From an uncultured Chloroflexia bacterium (GTDB lineage: Bacteria; Chloroflexota; Limnocylindria; Limnocylindrales; CSP1-4): a DNA stretch of 64,000 nucleotides. The stretch lies in contig CAWEYL010000001.1 in assembly GCA_963813335.1 (NCBI GenBank), positions 128,001 through 192,000 of the forward strand, read 5' to 3'. Below are positions 1 to 10,601 of this stretch, piece by piece; positions within the stretch are counted from its first letter, which is position 1, and every line of letters starts with the position of its first letter. A program made the position numbers and the translations under genes. The notes under the pieces are model-generated. The model worked only from the letters and a program-made list of their open reading frames with translations, had not been told where the DNA came from and ran no database searches.

Positions 1-132
1 GCCGCGCCGTGCGACGTCCACGAGGTCTTCGCGACGGCCCAGGACGCCCTCCTCGCGGAGCTCGCGCAGGCGTCGATCGCCTCGATCGCCCGGACGGATG
101 GGTGGGGTGGCCTACGGGGCTCGAACCCGTAA
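1..132 (+). CDS. C-terminal fragment of a probable Rrf2-family transcriptional regulator (5' end outside window)
   Basis: Frame 1 reads ..APCDVHEVFATAQDALLAELAQASIASIA..; the C-x2-H plus amphipathic helix fits Rrf2 C-termini. Stop TAA at 130-132. Confidence 0.55.
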   Translation, partial: AAPCDVHEVFATAQDALLAELAQASIASIARTDGWGGLRGSNP

Positions 133-178
133 CCTTCGGAGCCACAATCCGATGCTCTGCCATTGAGCTAAGGCCACC
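103..178 (-). tRNA. trnH: tRNA-His(GUG)
   Basis: Reverse complement GGTGGCCTTAGCTCAATGGCAGAGCATCGGATTGTGGCTCCGAAGGTTACGGGTTCGAGCCCCGTAGGCCACCCCA: cloverleaf, GTG anticodon, G-1/C73 identity pair, T-loop GGTTCGA, encoded CCA. Confidence 0.97.
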
Positions 179-338
179 GCGGGTCGCTCCGCTCGACCGT
201 CCGTGACGGTCCCGGGAGCTGTGGGCTGAGGGAGTGTACCCCGAAGCCTGCGATGCACGCGGCGCTGCCAGCCCCGCCCGGGCGGCGCATCATGGCCGTC
301 CGCGGTCGGCGGTTCCGGCCGCCCCATCGGAGCGCACG

Positions 339-1789
339 ATGACCGACGAACCACGCGTGACGCGAGACGACCCCGGACCGCTCCTGGCGCGGACCGCCGA
401 GATCGCCACGGACTACCTGCGGAGCCTGCCCGAGCGGCCGGTCCTGGTCGACCAGGACGTCGCCTCGTTGCGCGCCGCGCTCGTGACGGCACTGCCCGAG
501 ACCGGCGAGGACCCGATCGAGGTCATCGAGCGGCTGGCCCGCGACGCCGACCCGGGGATCGTCTCGATGGCGGGGCCGCGCTACTTCGGCTACGTCATCG
601 GCGGCAGCGTCCCGGCCTCGGTCGCGGCCGACTGGCTGACCTCGGTCTGGGACCAGAACGCGGGCCTGTATTCCTGCGGCCCGGCCGCGTCCGTCGTCGA
701 GGAGGCCGTGGGCGCCTGGCTCATCGACCTGCTCGGCCTGCCCGCAGGCACCAGTCTACGGGCTGGTCTCGGGCTGCCAGATGGCTGGCTTCACGGGCCT
801 GGCTGCCGCGCGCCACGCGGTCCTCGAGGCCGCCGGCTGGGACGTGGAGGCGCGGGGCCTGATCGGGGCGCCGGAGATCGACGTGATCGTCGGCGCCGAG
901 GCGCACTCGACCATCGGCGGGGCGCTGCAGTTCCTCGGCCTCGGCCGCGACCGGGTCCACACGGTGGCCGCGGATGGGCAGGGCCGGATGCGCCTCGACG
1001 CGCTCGAAGGCGGTGCTCGACGGCATCCCGGCCGACCGGCCGCTCATCGTCTGCCTCCAGGCGGGGAACGTGAACACCGGCGCCTTCGACCCGTTCGGGC
1101 CGATGATCGACCTCGTCCGGCGGCGGACGAACGCCTGGGTCCACGTCGACGGCGCCTTCGGGATGTGGGCGCGGGTCAGCCCGCAGACCGCGTACCTGCT
1201 CGACGGCGCCGAGCGGGCCGACTCGTGGGCGACCGACGCCCACAAGTGGCTCAACGTGCCGTACGACTCGGGGCTCGCGTTCGTGGCCCACCCGCGTGCG
1301 CACGCGGCGGCGATGGCGCCGCCCCACGCGGCCTACCTGGAATACGTCGGCGACGAGAAGCGCGACCAGGTGTACTGGAACCCGGAGTTCTCGCGCCGGG
1401 CCCGCGGCTTCCCGATGTACGCCGCCTTGCGCAGCCTCGGGCGGTCGGGCGTGCGCGAGATGGTCGAGCGCGGCTGCTGGGTCGCCCGGCGGATCGCCGA
1501 CCGGATCGAGGCAGCGCACGGCGCCACCGTCCTCAACGACGTCGTCCTCAACCAGGTGCTCGTGCGCTTCGAGACCGACGACCGCGACCCGGCCGCCTCG
1601 GACGCCCTGACCCGGGCGGCGCTCCTGGAGATCCAGGAAGAGGGGACGATCTGGCTGTCCGGGACGACCTGGCACGACATGGCCGCGATCCGGGTCTCCG
1701 TCTCCAACTGGGGCACCGGCGCGGACGAGGCGGAGCTGGCGGCGGCGACCATCCTGGCGGCCGCGGACCGCGTCCGGGCGAGGGCCTGA
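339..1789 (+). CDS. PLP-dependent decarboxylase (group II, aromatic-amino-acid decarboxylase-like); frameshifted near ~755 and ~1005
   Basis: GPRYFGYVIGG, WDQNA, AGNVNTGAFD, WVHVDGAFG and DSWATDAHKWLNVPYD (PLP lysine) are spread over three frames. Confidence 0.9.
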
Positions 1790-1820
1790 CCGGCGACGTG
1801 ACGCACCGTCGCGGGCCACG

Positions 1821-1880
1821 GCACACCGCCCCGGACCGCACCTGACCGCAGCAGACCGCCCCGGACCGACCCCGACCGCA
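1821..1880. repeat. Tandem 10-bp-period repeat array (consensus ccNGACCGCa)
   Basis: gcacaccgcc/ccggaccgca/cctgaccgca/gcagaccgcc/ccggaccgac/cccgaccgca, intergenic. Confidence 0.7.
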
Positions 1881-1955
1881 AGTACCAGCGACCGCGGCCG
1901 CCGGGACCATCGCGCGGGTGGCCGCGACGCGCGTCGCGGATAGGGTGGAGGGCAC

Positions 1956-2861
1956 ATGTCCCGGCCCATCCCGCGCCTCGATCCCCGTCGCCTCGCCGTG
2001 CTCGTCGCGGTCGTCGTCGCCCTCACCTCGGGGGCAACGCTCGTCGCACCTGCGCCGACCTACGCGTGGGCCGCGAACACGTTCTCGTCGGCCTCGGAGA
2101 AGCAGCTCGTCGCGCTCCACAACCAGGCGCGGGCGGCGGCCGGGCTGAGGAAGCTCTGCGCGTCGACGCGGTGCTGAGCTCGATCGCGCGGAGCCGCAGC
2201 AAGGACATGATCGTCCGCGACTACTTCAGCCACGACATCCCGGGCGGCGGCAACGTGTTCGGGATCATGAAGGACAAGGGCTACTGCTACCGCTCGGCGG
2301 GCGAGAACATCGGCTGGAACTAGTTCGAGACGCCCGACTCCACCGCGACCGTCGGCGATCCACTCGGCGTTCATGGGCTCATCCGGCCACCGCGCCAACA
2401 TCCTGGGCAAGGACTACGACTCGGTCGGGGTCGGCGCCTACCAGGGCGCCAACGGCAAGAAGATGTGGACCGTGGTCTTCGCCGACAAGTGCGGCTCGAC
2501 CGCGACGGCGAAGCCGAGGGCGACCGTCAGGCCGACCCCCAAGCCGACCCAGAAGGCGACCGTCCGCGCGACCCCGAAGCCGACCCCGAAGCCGAAGCCG
2601 ACGCCCAGGCCGACGCCTGTGGCCGCCGCGAGCCCGGCCGCGTCACCGGCCCAGGCGGCCGTCATCCCGTCACCGACCCCGACGCCGTCGGGTGACGGGT
2701 CGAGCCCGGACGGTGCCCCGCCCGACGGCCAGGACGGCACGGACCCGACCTTCGTCGATGTCGGCAGTGGCCACGGTCTGCGCGTCCTCGATCCGCCCGC
2801 CCCCGGCGGCCTCCTCGAGACCATCGTCGGCGGGGTCGCCGGGTTCTTCTTCGGCGCATGA
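1956..2861 (+). CDS. Secreted CAP (SCP/Tpx-1/PR-1) domain protein with Pro/Thr/Lys-rich linker; indels near ~2160 and ~2350 and an in-frame TAG at 2321
   Basis: Signal peptide; LHNQAR, SKDMIVRDYFSH, GENIGW, MGSSGHRANIL and VGVG motifs; PTPKP-type repeats. Confidence 0.8.
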
Positions 2862-2926
2862 CGACCCTCGCGGCCGAAGCCGCCGATGCGATCCTGGCGC
2901 GACGCTCCGCCTATACACTCGGCCGG

Positions 2927-3679
2927 ATGCCGCCCATCCTCCAGGCACGCGACCTCGCGAAGTCCTACCCGCTGGGTCAGACGACGGTCGAGGCCGTGCG
3001 CGGCGTGTCGCTCGAGGTCGCCGAAGGCGAGTTCGTCGCCCTGATGGGCCCGTCGGGCTCGGGCAAGTCGACGCTGCTGCAGCTCCTCGGCGGGCTCGAC
3101 CAGCCGACCTCGGGCGAGGTCATGCTCCAGGGCGAGACCATCAGCCACCTCTCGGACGATCAGGCCACGAAGCTGCGCCGGGACCGGACCGGGTTCGTCT
3201 TCCAGTCGTTCAACCTCATCCCGCTCCTCGACGTGACCGAGAACGTCGGGCTGCCGTTCACGATCGCCGGCGAGGACCCCTCGAAGGGCGACCTGCGCGA
3301 CCGGGTCAAGGACGTGATCGCGCTGGTCGACCTGGCCGGCAAGGAGCGCCACAAGCCGGACCAGCTGTCGGCCGGCGAGCAGCAGCGCGTGGCGATCGCG
3401 CGCGCGCTCGTGACCCGGCCGGCCCTGCTCTTCGCCGACGAGCCGACCGGGAACCTCGACTACACGAGCGGGTCCGAGATCCTCGATGCGCTGTGGCGCT
3501 CGTGCGTCGACCGCCACCAGACCATCGTGCTCGTGACCCACGATTCGAAGGCGGCCGCCTACGCCGACCGGGTGCTGGTCATCGCCGACGGCACGATCCG
3601 CGACTCGATCCATCTCGGGCGGCGCGAGTCGCACGACGCCGCGCCCCTCATCGCCCGGCTCGCCCAGCTCGGGCTGTAG
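2927..3679 (+). CDS. ABC transporter ATP-binding protein (LolD/MacB-like)
   Basis: Walker [10 protein letters not shown], signature [22 protein letters not shown]. Confidence 0.95.
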   Translation: MPPILQARDLAKSYPLGQTTVEAVRGVSLEVAEGEFVALMGPSGSGKSTLLQLLGGLDQPTSGEVMLQGETISHLSDDQATKLRRDRTGFVFQSFNLIPLLDVTENVGLPFTIAGEDPSKGDLRDRVKDVIALVDLAGKERHKPDQLSAGEQQRVAIARALVTRPALLFADEPTGNLDYTSGSEILDALWRSCVDRHQTIVLVTHDSKAAAYADRVLVIADGTIRDSIHLGRRESHDAAPLIARLAQLGL

Positions 3680-3694
3680 GCCCGTGGGTCCACG

Positions 3695-6215
3695 ATGTCC
3701 GGGTTGACCCGGCTCTCGCCTGCGCAGCCTGCGCGCGCGCCTCCTGCGGACGACCCTGACGATCGTCGGCGTCTCCCTCGGCGTCGCCGTCCTGTTCGCC
3801 GGGCTCGCCACCGACGACGGCATCACCGCGGCCGCGGACCGGACGGTCCAGGCGCTCGTCGGGCGGGCCGACCTGCGGGTCAGCGCCTTCGGCGAGGCCG
3901 GGCTGGGCGCGGAGAGCTTCGCGGCCATCACCGCGACCCCCGGCGTCGAGATCGTGGCGCCGGCGCTGCAGCGGCGGACCTACCTCGCCGGGACCACCCC
4001 GGACGGGGCACTGCCGCCGTCGGTCACGGTCCTCGGGATCGACCCGGTCGCCGAGCCGCGGCTCCACGACCTGACCCTCAGCGCCGGCAGCCCGCTGACC
4101 AGCATCGACGAGCCGAGCGCCCTGATCGACCAGCGCCTCGCGGCAGAGGACGGCCTCTCGGTCGGGTCCTCGCTGACCGTGCTGGGTGCCGGGGAGCCGG
4201 CCGAGTACCGCGTGGTCGGCATCCTGGCCGGCAGCGGCCCGCTCGGGGTGTCGGGCGGCCGGACCGTGGTCGTCCCGCTGCGGACCGCCCAGGCCGTCTT
4301 CGACCAGGCCGGGCTCACCCGCGTCGACATCGGCCTCGCCGCCGGCGCCGTCCCGGCCGAGGTGGTGACGGGCCTGGAGTCGCGTCTGCTGGTCGAGCCG
4401 TACGTGATCTCCTCGCCGCAGGACCTCGCCGACGGGCTGCGCGCCTCGACGGCCGACTTCCAGGCGACCACCGCGCTCATCGCCGCCATCGCGCTCTTCG
4501 CGGGCGCGTTCCTCATCGTCAACACGCTCTCGATGACGGTCCTCGAGCGGATGCGCGAGGTCGGCCTGCTCCGGGCCGCCGGCGCGACCCGCGGCCAGGT
4601 GCAGCGCTTCATCCTCGTCCAGGCCGCCGTCCTCGGGGTCCTCGGGTCGCTCCTCGGCCTCGTCCTCGGGCTCGTCCTGGCGAACCTCATGACCGCCTGG
4701 CTGCGCACGGTCGGCTCGGTGACCCTCGAGGCGCCGTCGCCGTCGATCGGGTCGATGCTGATCGCCTTCGTCACCGGTGTGGCCGTCACCCTCGCGGCCG
4801 CCGTCGAGCCCGCCATCCGCGCCTCGCGCATCCCGCCCGTCGAGGCCCTGCGGGCGCGCCTGGACCAGGCGCCCGCCCGTCGTGCCCGCCTGCGCTGGCT
4901 GATCGTGGTCTTCGGCGTCGTCGGCCTCGCCGGGCTCCTCGTCTGGCCGCGCGACGCCGGCGCGGCCGGGGCCGTCCGCGCGCTCGTCGTCTACGGCGTG
5001 CTCCTGGTCGCGACCCTCCTCGTGCCGTTCCTCGTGCCCGCCCTGGCCCGCCTCGGCGGCCTCCCGTTCCGCCTGCCGTTCGCGCTCGAGGAGCGGCTGG
5101 CGCGCGCGACGATGGTGCGCGACCGCAGTCGCGCCACGCTGACCCTCGGCGCGCTGGCGGTGGGCATCGCGCTCGTCGTCGCGCTCGGCGGGGTCGGCCA
5201 GCACGCCCGGGCGTCGGCCGGGGCCTGGGTCGGCGAGGTCGTCCCGGGCGAGCTCCTGGTCACCTCGATCCGTCCGGTCGCCCTGGACGAGCCGGCCGCG
5301 ACCGACCTCGCCGCGCAGCCCGGCGTCGCGCGGGTCAGCCCGATCGCGACCTTCGATCTCGCCGTGAACGGCACCGCCACCGACGGGGCCGCGATGGTCG
5401 GCGCGGACCTTGCCGCCGACGGCCGGCTCACGATGGTCGACGGCGACCGCGACGTCGCGCTGGCGGCCCTCGACCGGGGCGGCGCCGCGATCGTGCCGGC
5501 GTCGCTGGCCGACCGCCTGCACCTCGTGGTCGACGACGAGCTGACGATCGGCACCGCCGATGCGACGACGATGCACCTGCGGGTCGTCGGAGTCGCCGAG
5601 CGGACCCTCCCGGGGCGTGGCGGCGAGGCGGTCATCGTCGGCTGGACCGACGCGACATCCCAGCTCGGGGTCGCAGGTGCCGACGCCTTCGCGGTCACGT
5701 TCGATCCGGGCATCACCCCGGCGCAGCAGGAGGACTTCCGCCAGGCGGCCGCCCTGTCGGCCTTCGAGATCGTGACCCTCGACGAGGTCCAGGGCGCCAT
5801 CGACGACGCGCTCATCCGCGTCTTCGGGCTGTTCGACGTCCTCGCGATCGTGGCGGTGATCATCGCCACGCTGGGGATCGCCAACACGCTGACGATGAAC
5901 GTCATCGAGCGGGTCCGCGAGATCGGGATCCTCCGCGCCGCCGGGATGACCCGTCGCCAGGTCTGGCGCTCGGTCGTCGTCGAGGCCGGCGTCATCGGGG
6001 TCGCCGGCTCGATCGTCGGCATCGTCACCGGGCTGCTGGTCGGCGCCCTGATGGTCGTGCTGGCCGGCGGCTCGACGGCGGTGGCGTTCTCGATCCCGTG
6101 GCAGACGGTCGTCGGCTCGATCCTCCTCGGGGTGGCCTTGTCGATGCTGGCGGCCGCCTATCCGGCGGGGATCGCCTCGCGGGTCTCGATCGTGCGGGCC
6201 GTCGCCTACGAATGA
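3695..6215 (+). CDS. FtsX/MacB-family ABC permease with duplicated domains; frameshift near ~3720
   Basis: Two NTL(S/T)M..ER.RE.G.LRAAG motifs and many TM helices; follows the LolD-type ATPase. Confidence 0.9.
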
Positions 6216-6294
6216 GGCCGTGGGGCCGGGGCGAGATGCTAGACTCGGGGCCTCGGTCGCTGCCCCCAGGCGACCCCGGACGTGTGGAGCCTCC

Positions 6295-6933
6295 TTGACG
6301 CTCGCTTTCCCGAGACTCGACCGCAGCGGCGCCGGCGACCGAGGCATCACCATCGGCGATTTCCTGGTCCCCATCTCGATCGGCGAGCGCCTCGGGACCC
6401 GGGTCCGGCACATCGCCCTCATCGTCGCCGGCGCCCTCATCGTCGCGCTGTGCGCCCAGGTCTACATCCCCGTCCAGCCCGTGCCGTTCACCGGCCAGAC
6501 CTTCGGCGTCCTCGTCGTCGGCGGGGCCCTCGGCTTCCGCCGCGGCGCGCTCGCGTTGCTGCTCTACCTCGCCATCGGGGCGATCGGGCTGCCGGTCTTC
6601 GCCGAGGGCAAGCACGGGCTGGCGATCCTTGGCGGCCCGACGGCCGGCTACCTGGTCGGCTTCGTCGTCTCGGCCGCCATCGTCGGCCGGCTCGCCGAGC
6701 TCGGCTGGGACCGGCGGCTTCCCGGGGCGCTGGCCATGATGGCCATCGGGACCGCGATCATCTACGCGATCGGCGTCCCGTGGCTGAAGGTCTCGCTGGG
6801 GCTGTCGTGGGAGGACGCGATCTCGGGCGGCATGACCAAGTTCCTGGTGTGGGACACGGCCAAGCTCGTCGTGGCCGCCGCGATCTTCCCGACCGCCTGG
6901 TGGCTCGTCGGCCGTCGGCCCGACGACCGGTAG
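6295..6933 (+). CDS. bioY: Biotin transporter S-component BioY
   Basis: VPFTGQTFGVL, YLAIGAIGLPVF and GPTAGYLVGF motifs; TTG start after GGAG. Confidence 0.9.
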   Translation: MTLAFPRLDRSGAGDRGITIGDFLVPISIGERLGTRVRHIALIVAGALIVALCAQVYIPVQPVPFTGQTFGVLVVGGALGFRRGALALLLYLAIGAIGLPVFAEGKHGLAILGGPTAGYLVGFVVSAAIVGRLAELGWDRRLPGALAMMAIGTAIIYAIGVPWLKVSLGLSWEDAISGGMTKFLVWDTAKLVVAAAIFPTAWWLVGRRPDDR

Positions 6934-6985
6934 GCCCGGCCTGCTCGGCCCGGCCTCCGAGGCCTGGCGGCTGAACCGGGAGGCG

Positions 6986-7756
6986 ATGCTCCTCCTCGGT
7001 GCCGGCCCGCGGGCCCTCCTCCTGCAGATCGCCCATCCGTCGGTCGCCGCGGGCGTGGACGAGCACTCCGACTTCCGCGCCGACCCGTGGCGCCGCCTGC
7101 GGGGCACGCTGCGCTCCTACCTGGCGATCATCTACGGGTCCGCGGCGGCCTCGCGGGCGGAGATCCGCCGCCTCAACGCGCTGCACCGCGGGATCACCGG
7201 GCCGGGCTACGCCGCACGGGATCCCGAGCTGTCGCTGTGGGTGCACGCCACGCTGGTCGACTCGACGATCGTCGCCAACGACGCCTGGCTCGGGCCGCTC
7301 GAGCGTGGCCGCGCCGCGGCCTTCTACGAGGAGACCCGCCCGATCGGCCGGGCGTTCGGCATCCCCGACGGGCTGCTGCCCGCGGACCTCGAGGCCTTCG
7401 AGGCGTACCTCGCGGGGATGCTGGCCCCGGACGGGCCGGTGCGCGTCGGGCCGCTGGCGCGGGAGCTCGCGGACACGATCCTGCGGCCGCCACTCCCCGG
7501 GGTCCTCGGCACGGCCGCCGACGCGATCGGCCTCCCGCGGTCGGCCTATGCCTGGACGCTGTGGCCCGCCATCGGCCTCCTGCCGCCGAGCGTCCGCGAG
7601 GGCTACGGCCTGCCCTGGGACGCACGGCACCGCGTCGTCGCCGAGTGGCTCGTCAGCGGCTGGCGGTTCTGGCGGCCGCTGCTTCCGGCCGCGTTCCGCG
7701 AGATGCCGCAGGCGCTCGCCGCGGACCGCCGGCTCAGTACAGCCCGGGGAACCTGA
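6986..7756 (+). CDS. Oxygenase MpaB/DUF2236-family protein
   Basis: RALLLQIAHPSVAAGVDEHSDF, RRLRGT, LWVHATL motifs; true start may lie further upstream. Confidence 0.85.
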   Translation: MLLLGAGPRALLLQIAHPSVAAGVDEHSDFRADPWRRLRGTLRSYLAIIYGSAAASRAEIRRLNALHRGITGPGYAARDPELSLWVHATLVDSTIVANDAWLGPLERGRAAAFYEETRPIGRAFGIPDGLLPADLEAFEAYLAGMLAPDGPVRVGPLARELADTILRPPLPGVLGTAADAIGLPRSAYAWTLWPAIGLLPPSVREGYGLPWDARHRVVAEWLVSGWRFWRPLLPAAFREMPQALAADRRLSTARGT

Positions 7757-9104
7757 CCCGGAACGTCGGCTCGAGGTTCAGCGGCGTCGCGGCGTCGAGC
7801 GCGTCGAGCAGGGTCCGGCTGGTCACCAGGCCGTAGCGGTTGGCCGCGACGTAGCCCTTGAGCGCGTTCCACCAGACCGTGGTGCCCATCCGCGTCCGGA
7901 CGTCGTCGAGCAGGTTGCCGCCCTGGATGTAGACGATCTCGTAGTAGCAGGCCGCGGTGTACGAGTAGATGGAGCGGTCGAGGCGGCCCGTGGCGCAGCG
8001 GCTGGCGCGGCGCATCCCGAGGATCTTGCGCGTGACCGCGTCGGCGGCGGCCTCGTCCGCGAACGGATGCCGCGACTGGTCGTTCCCGACCAGCCCGTAG
8101 AACCACTGGTGGGCCGTCTCGTGCGTGGTCAGGTAGCGCAGGTTCCCGCTCGGCGTGCCGGTCGGGATCCAGACGAGCCCGGGCGATTCCATGCCGTACG
8201 CGCCGGCGGACTGGACGACCTTGAAGGTGGGGTAGGGGTACGCCCCGAGCTTGCCGCCGAGTACGCCGAGGGCATCCGCCGCGGCATCGAGCATGGCCGC
8301 GCCCGAGGTGCCCGCCCGGTAGAAGACCTTGACCGTGGTCGCCCCGACCTTGCGCGTGGCGGTCCGGTAGTCGGTGGCCGCGGTCACGGTGAAGTCGCGG
8401 ACCTGGCGCGCCTCGAAGGTCCGGGTGAGCCCGTCGGCGGAGACCGACACCTGGTCGCCGGTCGTGGCCAGGACCAGCTTGCGGTCGCTCTCGATGGCGA
8501 CCCGGACGAGCGGGCTGACCGGCGTGACGAACGGGTCGCCGTGGTTCGGGCGGGTGAACGGCACCGCCTTGCTGACCCACGGCAGCCAGCGGTACATGTC
8601 GACGATCCCGTTGGCCTTCGTGAACAGCCAGTCCGAGCCGCCGACGCTGGTCCGCAACGTGGCGTAGAAGCGGACCCGGAGCGTGGTCGCGGCACCGGCC
8701 GCGAGGACCCCGCCGAGCGGCACGACCAGGGTCTGGTCGCTGACCTTGGCGGTCACGTGGACGCCGTCGACGAGGACCGACAGGTAGCGGATGGCGCCGA
8801 GCCGGGCGGCGACGGTGTTCAACTCGATCCGGTCGACCGGCCCGCCGGACGTGTTGGTGATCGCGATCCGGGCGTCGACCTTGACGCGCCGCGGCGTCCA
8901 GTCGATGTGGAGCTTGGTGTCGTAGGTCGCCGTCAATGCGAGGCTGGTCCGGTTGACGGTGCCGGGGGTGATGGCACTGGGGGCGGCACGGAACGGCGAG
9001 CCGGCACGGGCCGGCGGACCGGCACTGGCCGGCGCACCGGCACCGACCGGGCCGGGCAGCCCCATGGCCAGCACGGCCAGGGCGAGGACCGCGAGCCTGC
9101 GCAT
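7734..9104 (-). CDS. Secreted M1-like (gluzincin) metallopeptidase
   Basis: Signal peptide, GMES, HETAHQWFYGLVGND..DE zinc motif, and YIQG. Confidence 0.85.
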   Translation of the reverse strand: MRRLAVLALAVLAMGLPGPVGAGAPASAGPPARAGSPFRAAPSAITPGTVNRTSLALTATYDTKLHIDWTPRRVKVDARIAITNTSGGPVDRIELNTVAARLGAIRYLSVLVDGVHVTAKVSDQTLVVPLGGVLAAGAATTLRVRFYATLRTSVGGSDWLFTKANGIVDMYRWLPWVSKAVPFTRPNHGDPFVTPVSPLVRVAIESDRKLVLATTGDQVSVSADGLTRTFEARQVRDFTVTAATDYRTATRKVGATTVKVFYRAGTSGAAMLDAAADALGVLGGKLGAYPYPTFKVVQSAGAYGMESPGLVWIPTGTPSGNLRYLTTHETAHQWFYGLVGNDQSRHPFADEAAADAVTRKILGMRRASRCATGRLDRSIYSYTAACYYEIVYIQGGNLLDDVRTRMGTTVWWNALKGYVAANRYGLVTSRTLLDALDAATPLNLEPTFRVRFPGLY

Positions 9105-9141
9105 CGTCCGAATCCTACCCCCGGCCCGTAGACTGCCAGCC
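9105..9141. promoter_or_regulatory. Back-to-back -10 elements (bidirectional leaderless promoter)
   Basis: TAGGAT on minus (9112-9117) and TAGACT on plus (9129-9134), each exactly 7 nt from its ATG. Confidence 0.6.
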
Positions 9142-10533
9142 ATGACCACGACCGCCACCGCGATCGGGCCGCTCGTCGACGCGATCCGCTCCCAGCTCCC
9201 CGGGCTGCGGGTGCTCACCGACGAGATCGATCGCGAGTCGTACCGGCTCGACGAGACCGCCTACCTCAAGGCGGGCCTGCCGGGTGCCGTGGTCCTCCCG
9301 ACCGAGACGGCCCAGGTCGCCGCCGTGGTGCGGCTGGCCGGGGAGTTCGGTGTCCCGATCGTGCCGCGCGGCGCCGGGACGGGGCTGTCGGGCGGCTCGG
9401 CCGGCATCGAGGGCGCGCTGACGATGGCCTTCACGGCCATGGACCGGATCGTCGAGATCGACCGCGGGAACCTCGTCGCGGTCGTCCAGCCCGGCATCAT
9501 CAACGCGGCGTTGAAGGCGGCGGTCGCCGCCGAGGGCCTGTTCTATGCGCCCGACCCGGCGTCGTTCGAGCAGTGCTCCATCGGCGGCAACCTCGGCACC
9601 AACGCCGGCGGTCTCTGCTGCGTCAAGTACGGCCAGACGCGCGAATCGGTGCTTTCGCTCGAGGTCGTGATGGCCGACGGGACCGTCATCCGCACCGGCG
9701 GCAAGAACGTCAAGGACGTCGCGGGCTACTCGCTGACCCACCTGTTCGTCGGGAGCCAGGGGACGCTCGCGATCATCACCGAGGCCACGCTCAAGCTGCG
9801 CCCCACGCCGCCGCCCCGCTCGACGATGCTGGCGTTCTTCCCGACCCTCGACGGCGCCGGGGATGCGGTCGCCGGGATCGCCACCGCCGGGCTCTCGCCG
9901 GTGACCCTCGAGCTGCTCGACCGATTCACCATCAACGCGGTCGACGACATGAACGACCTCGGCCTCGACCGGACCGCGGCGGCGATGCTGATGATCGAAT
10001 CGGACGCGCCGGGCTCGGCCGCGACCGACGAGCTGGCCCGCGCCGAGGCCGTCTGCCGGACGGCGGGGGCGACGGACGTCGTCCGGGCGGCCGATGCCCA
10101 GGAGGCCGACTGGCTCCGCCAGGCGAGGCGGGCGGCGCACTACGCGCTCGAGCGCCTCGGCGAGGTCCGCATGGAGGACGTGAGCGTGCCGCGGTCGCGG
10201 GTACCCGACATGCTCCGCGAGGTCGAGCAGATCGCGCAGCGTCACCAGGTGCGGATCGGGACGTTCGGGCACGTCGGCGACGGCAACCTGCACCCCGACC
10301 TCGTGCTGGAGCGCGGCGACCCCGACGGCGAGGCGAAGACCGACGCCGTGCGCACCGACCTCTACCGCGCCGCGATGGCCCTCGGCGGCAGCATCACCGG
10401 CGAGCACGGGATCGGCACCGCCCGGCGGGCCTGGCTCGAGGAGCAGCGCGGCGCCGACGCCGTCCGGGTCATGCGGGCGATCAAGACCGCGCTCGATCCG
10501 CAGGGGATCCTGAACCCGGGGCGCGTGCTCTAA
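9142..10533 (+). CDS. FAD-linked oxidase, GlcD/D-lactate dehydrogenase family
   Basis: PRGAGTGLSGG, YAPDPAS, IGGNLGTNAGG, GSQGTL, HVGDGNLH, GEHGIG, LDPQGILNPG. Confidence 0.92.
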   Translation: MTTTATAIGPLVDAIRSQLPGLRVLTDEIDRESYRLDETAYLKAGLPGAVVLPTETAQVAAVVRLAGEFGVPIVPRGAGTGLSGGSAGIEGALTMAFTAMDRIVEIDRGNLVAVVQPGIINAALKAAVAAEGLFYAPDPASFEQCSIGGNLGTNAGGLCCVKYGQTRESVLSLEVVMADGTVIRTGGKNVKDVAGYSLTHLFVGSQGTLAIITEATLKLRPTPPPRSTMLAFFPTLDGAGDAVAGIATAGLSPVTLELLDRFTINAVDDMNDLGLDRTAAAMLMIESDAPGSAATDELARAEAVCRTAGATDVVRAADAQEADWLRQARRAAHYALERLGEVRMEDVSVPRSRVPDMLREVEQIAQRHQVRIGTFGHVGDGNLHPDLVLERGDPDGEAKTDAVRTDLYRAAMALGGSITGEHGIGTARRAWLEEQRGADAVRVMRAIKTALDPQGILNPGRVL

Positions 10534-10601
10534 GCCGGCCCGGCGCGCGCTCTAGCCGGCCCAGCCCGCGCCCCTGAAGGCGCACTGACCCGTCGGGCAC
10601 T

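Noticed and set aside
103-178. tRNA-anchored prophage or integrative element in this window
   Set aside because: No integrase, phage genes or duplicated tRNA end seen within the window.
2321-2323. In-frame TAG in the CAP gene as pyrrolysine or readthrough
   Set aside because: It sits among other nearby indels, and no pyl genes or plausible context are present. Probably a base error.
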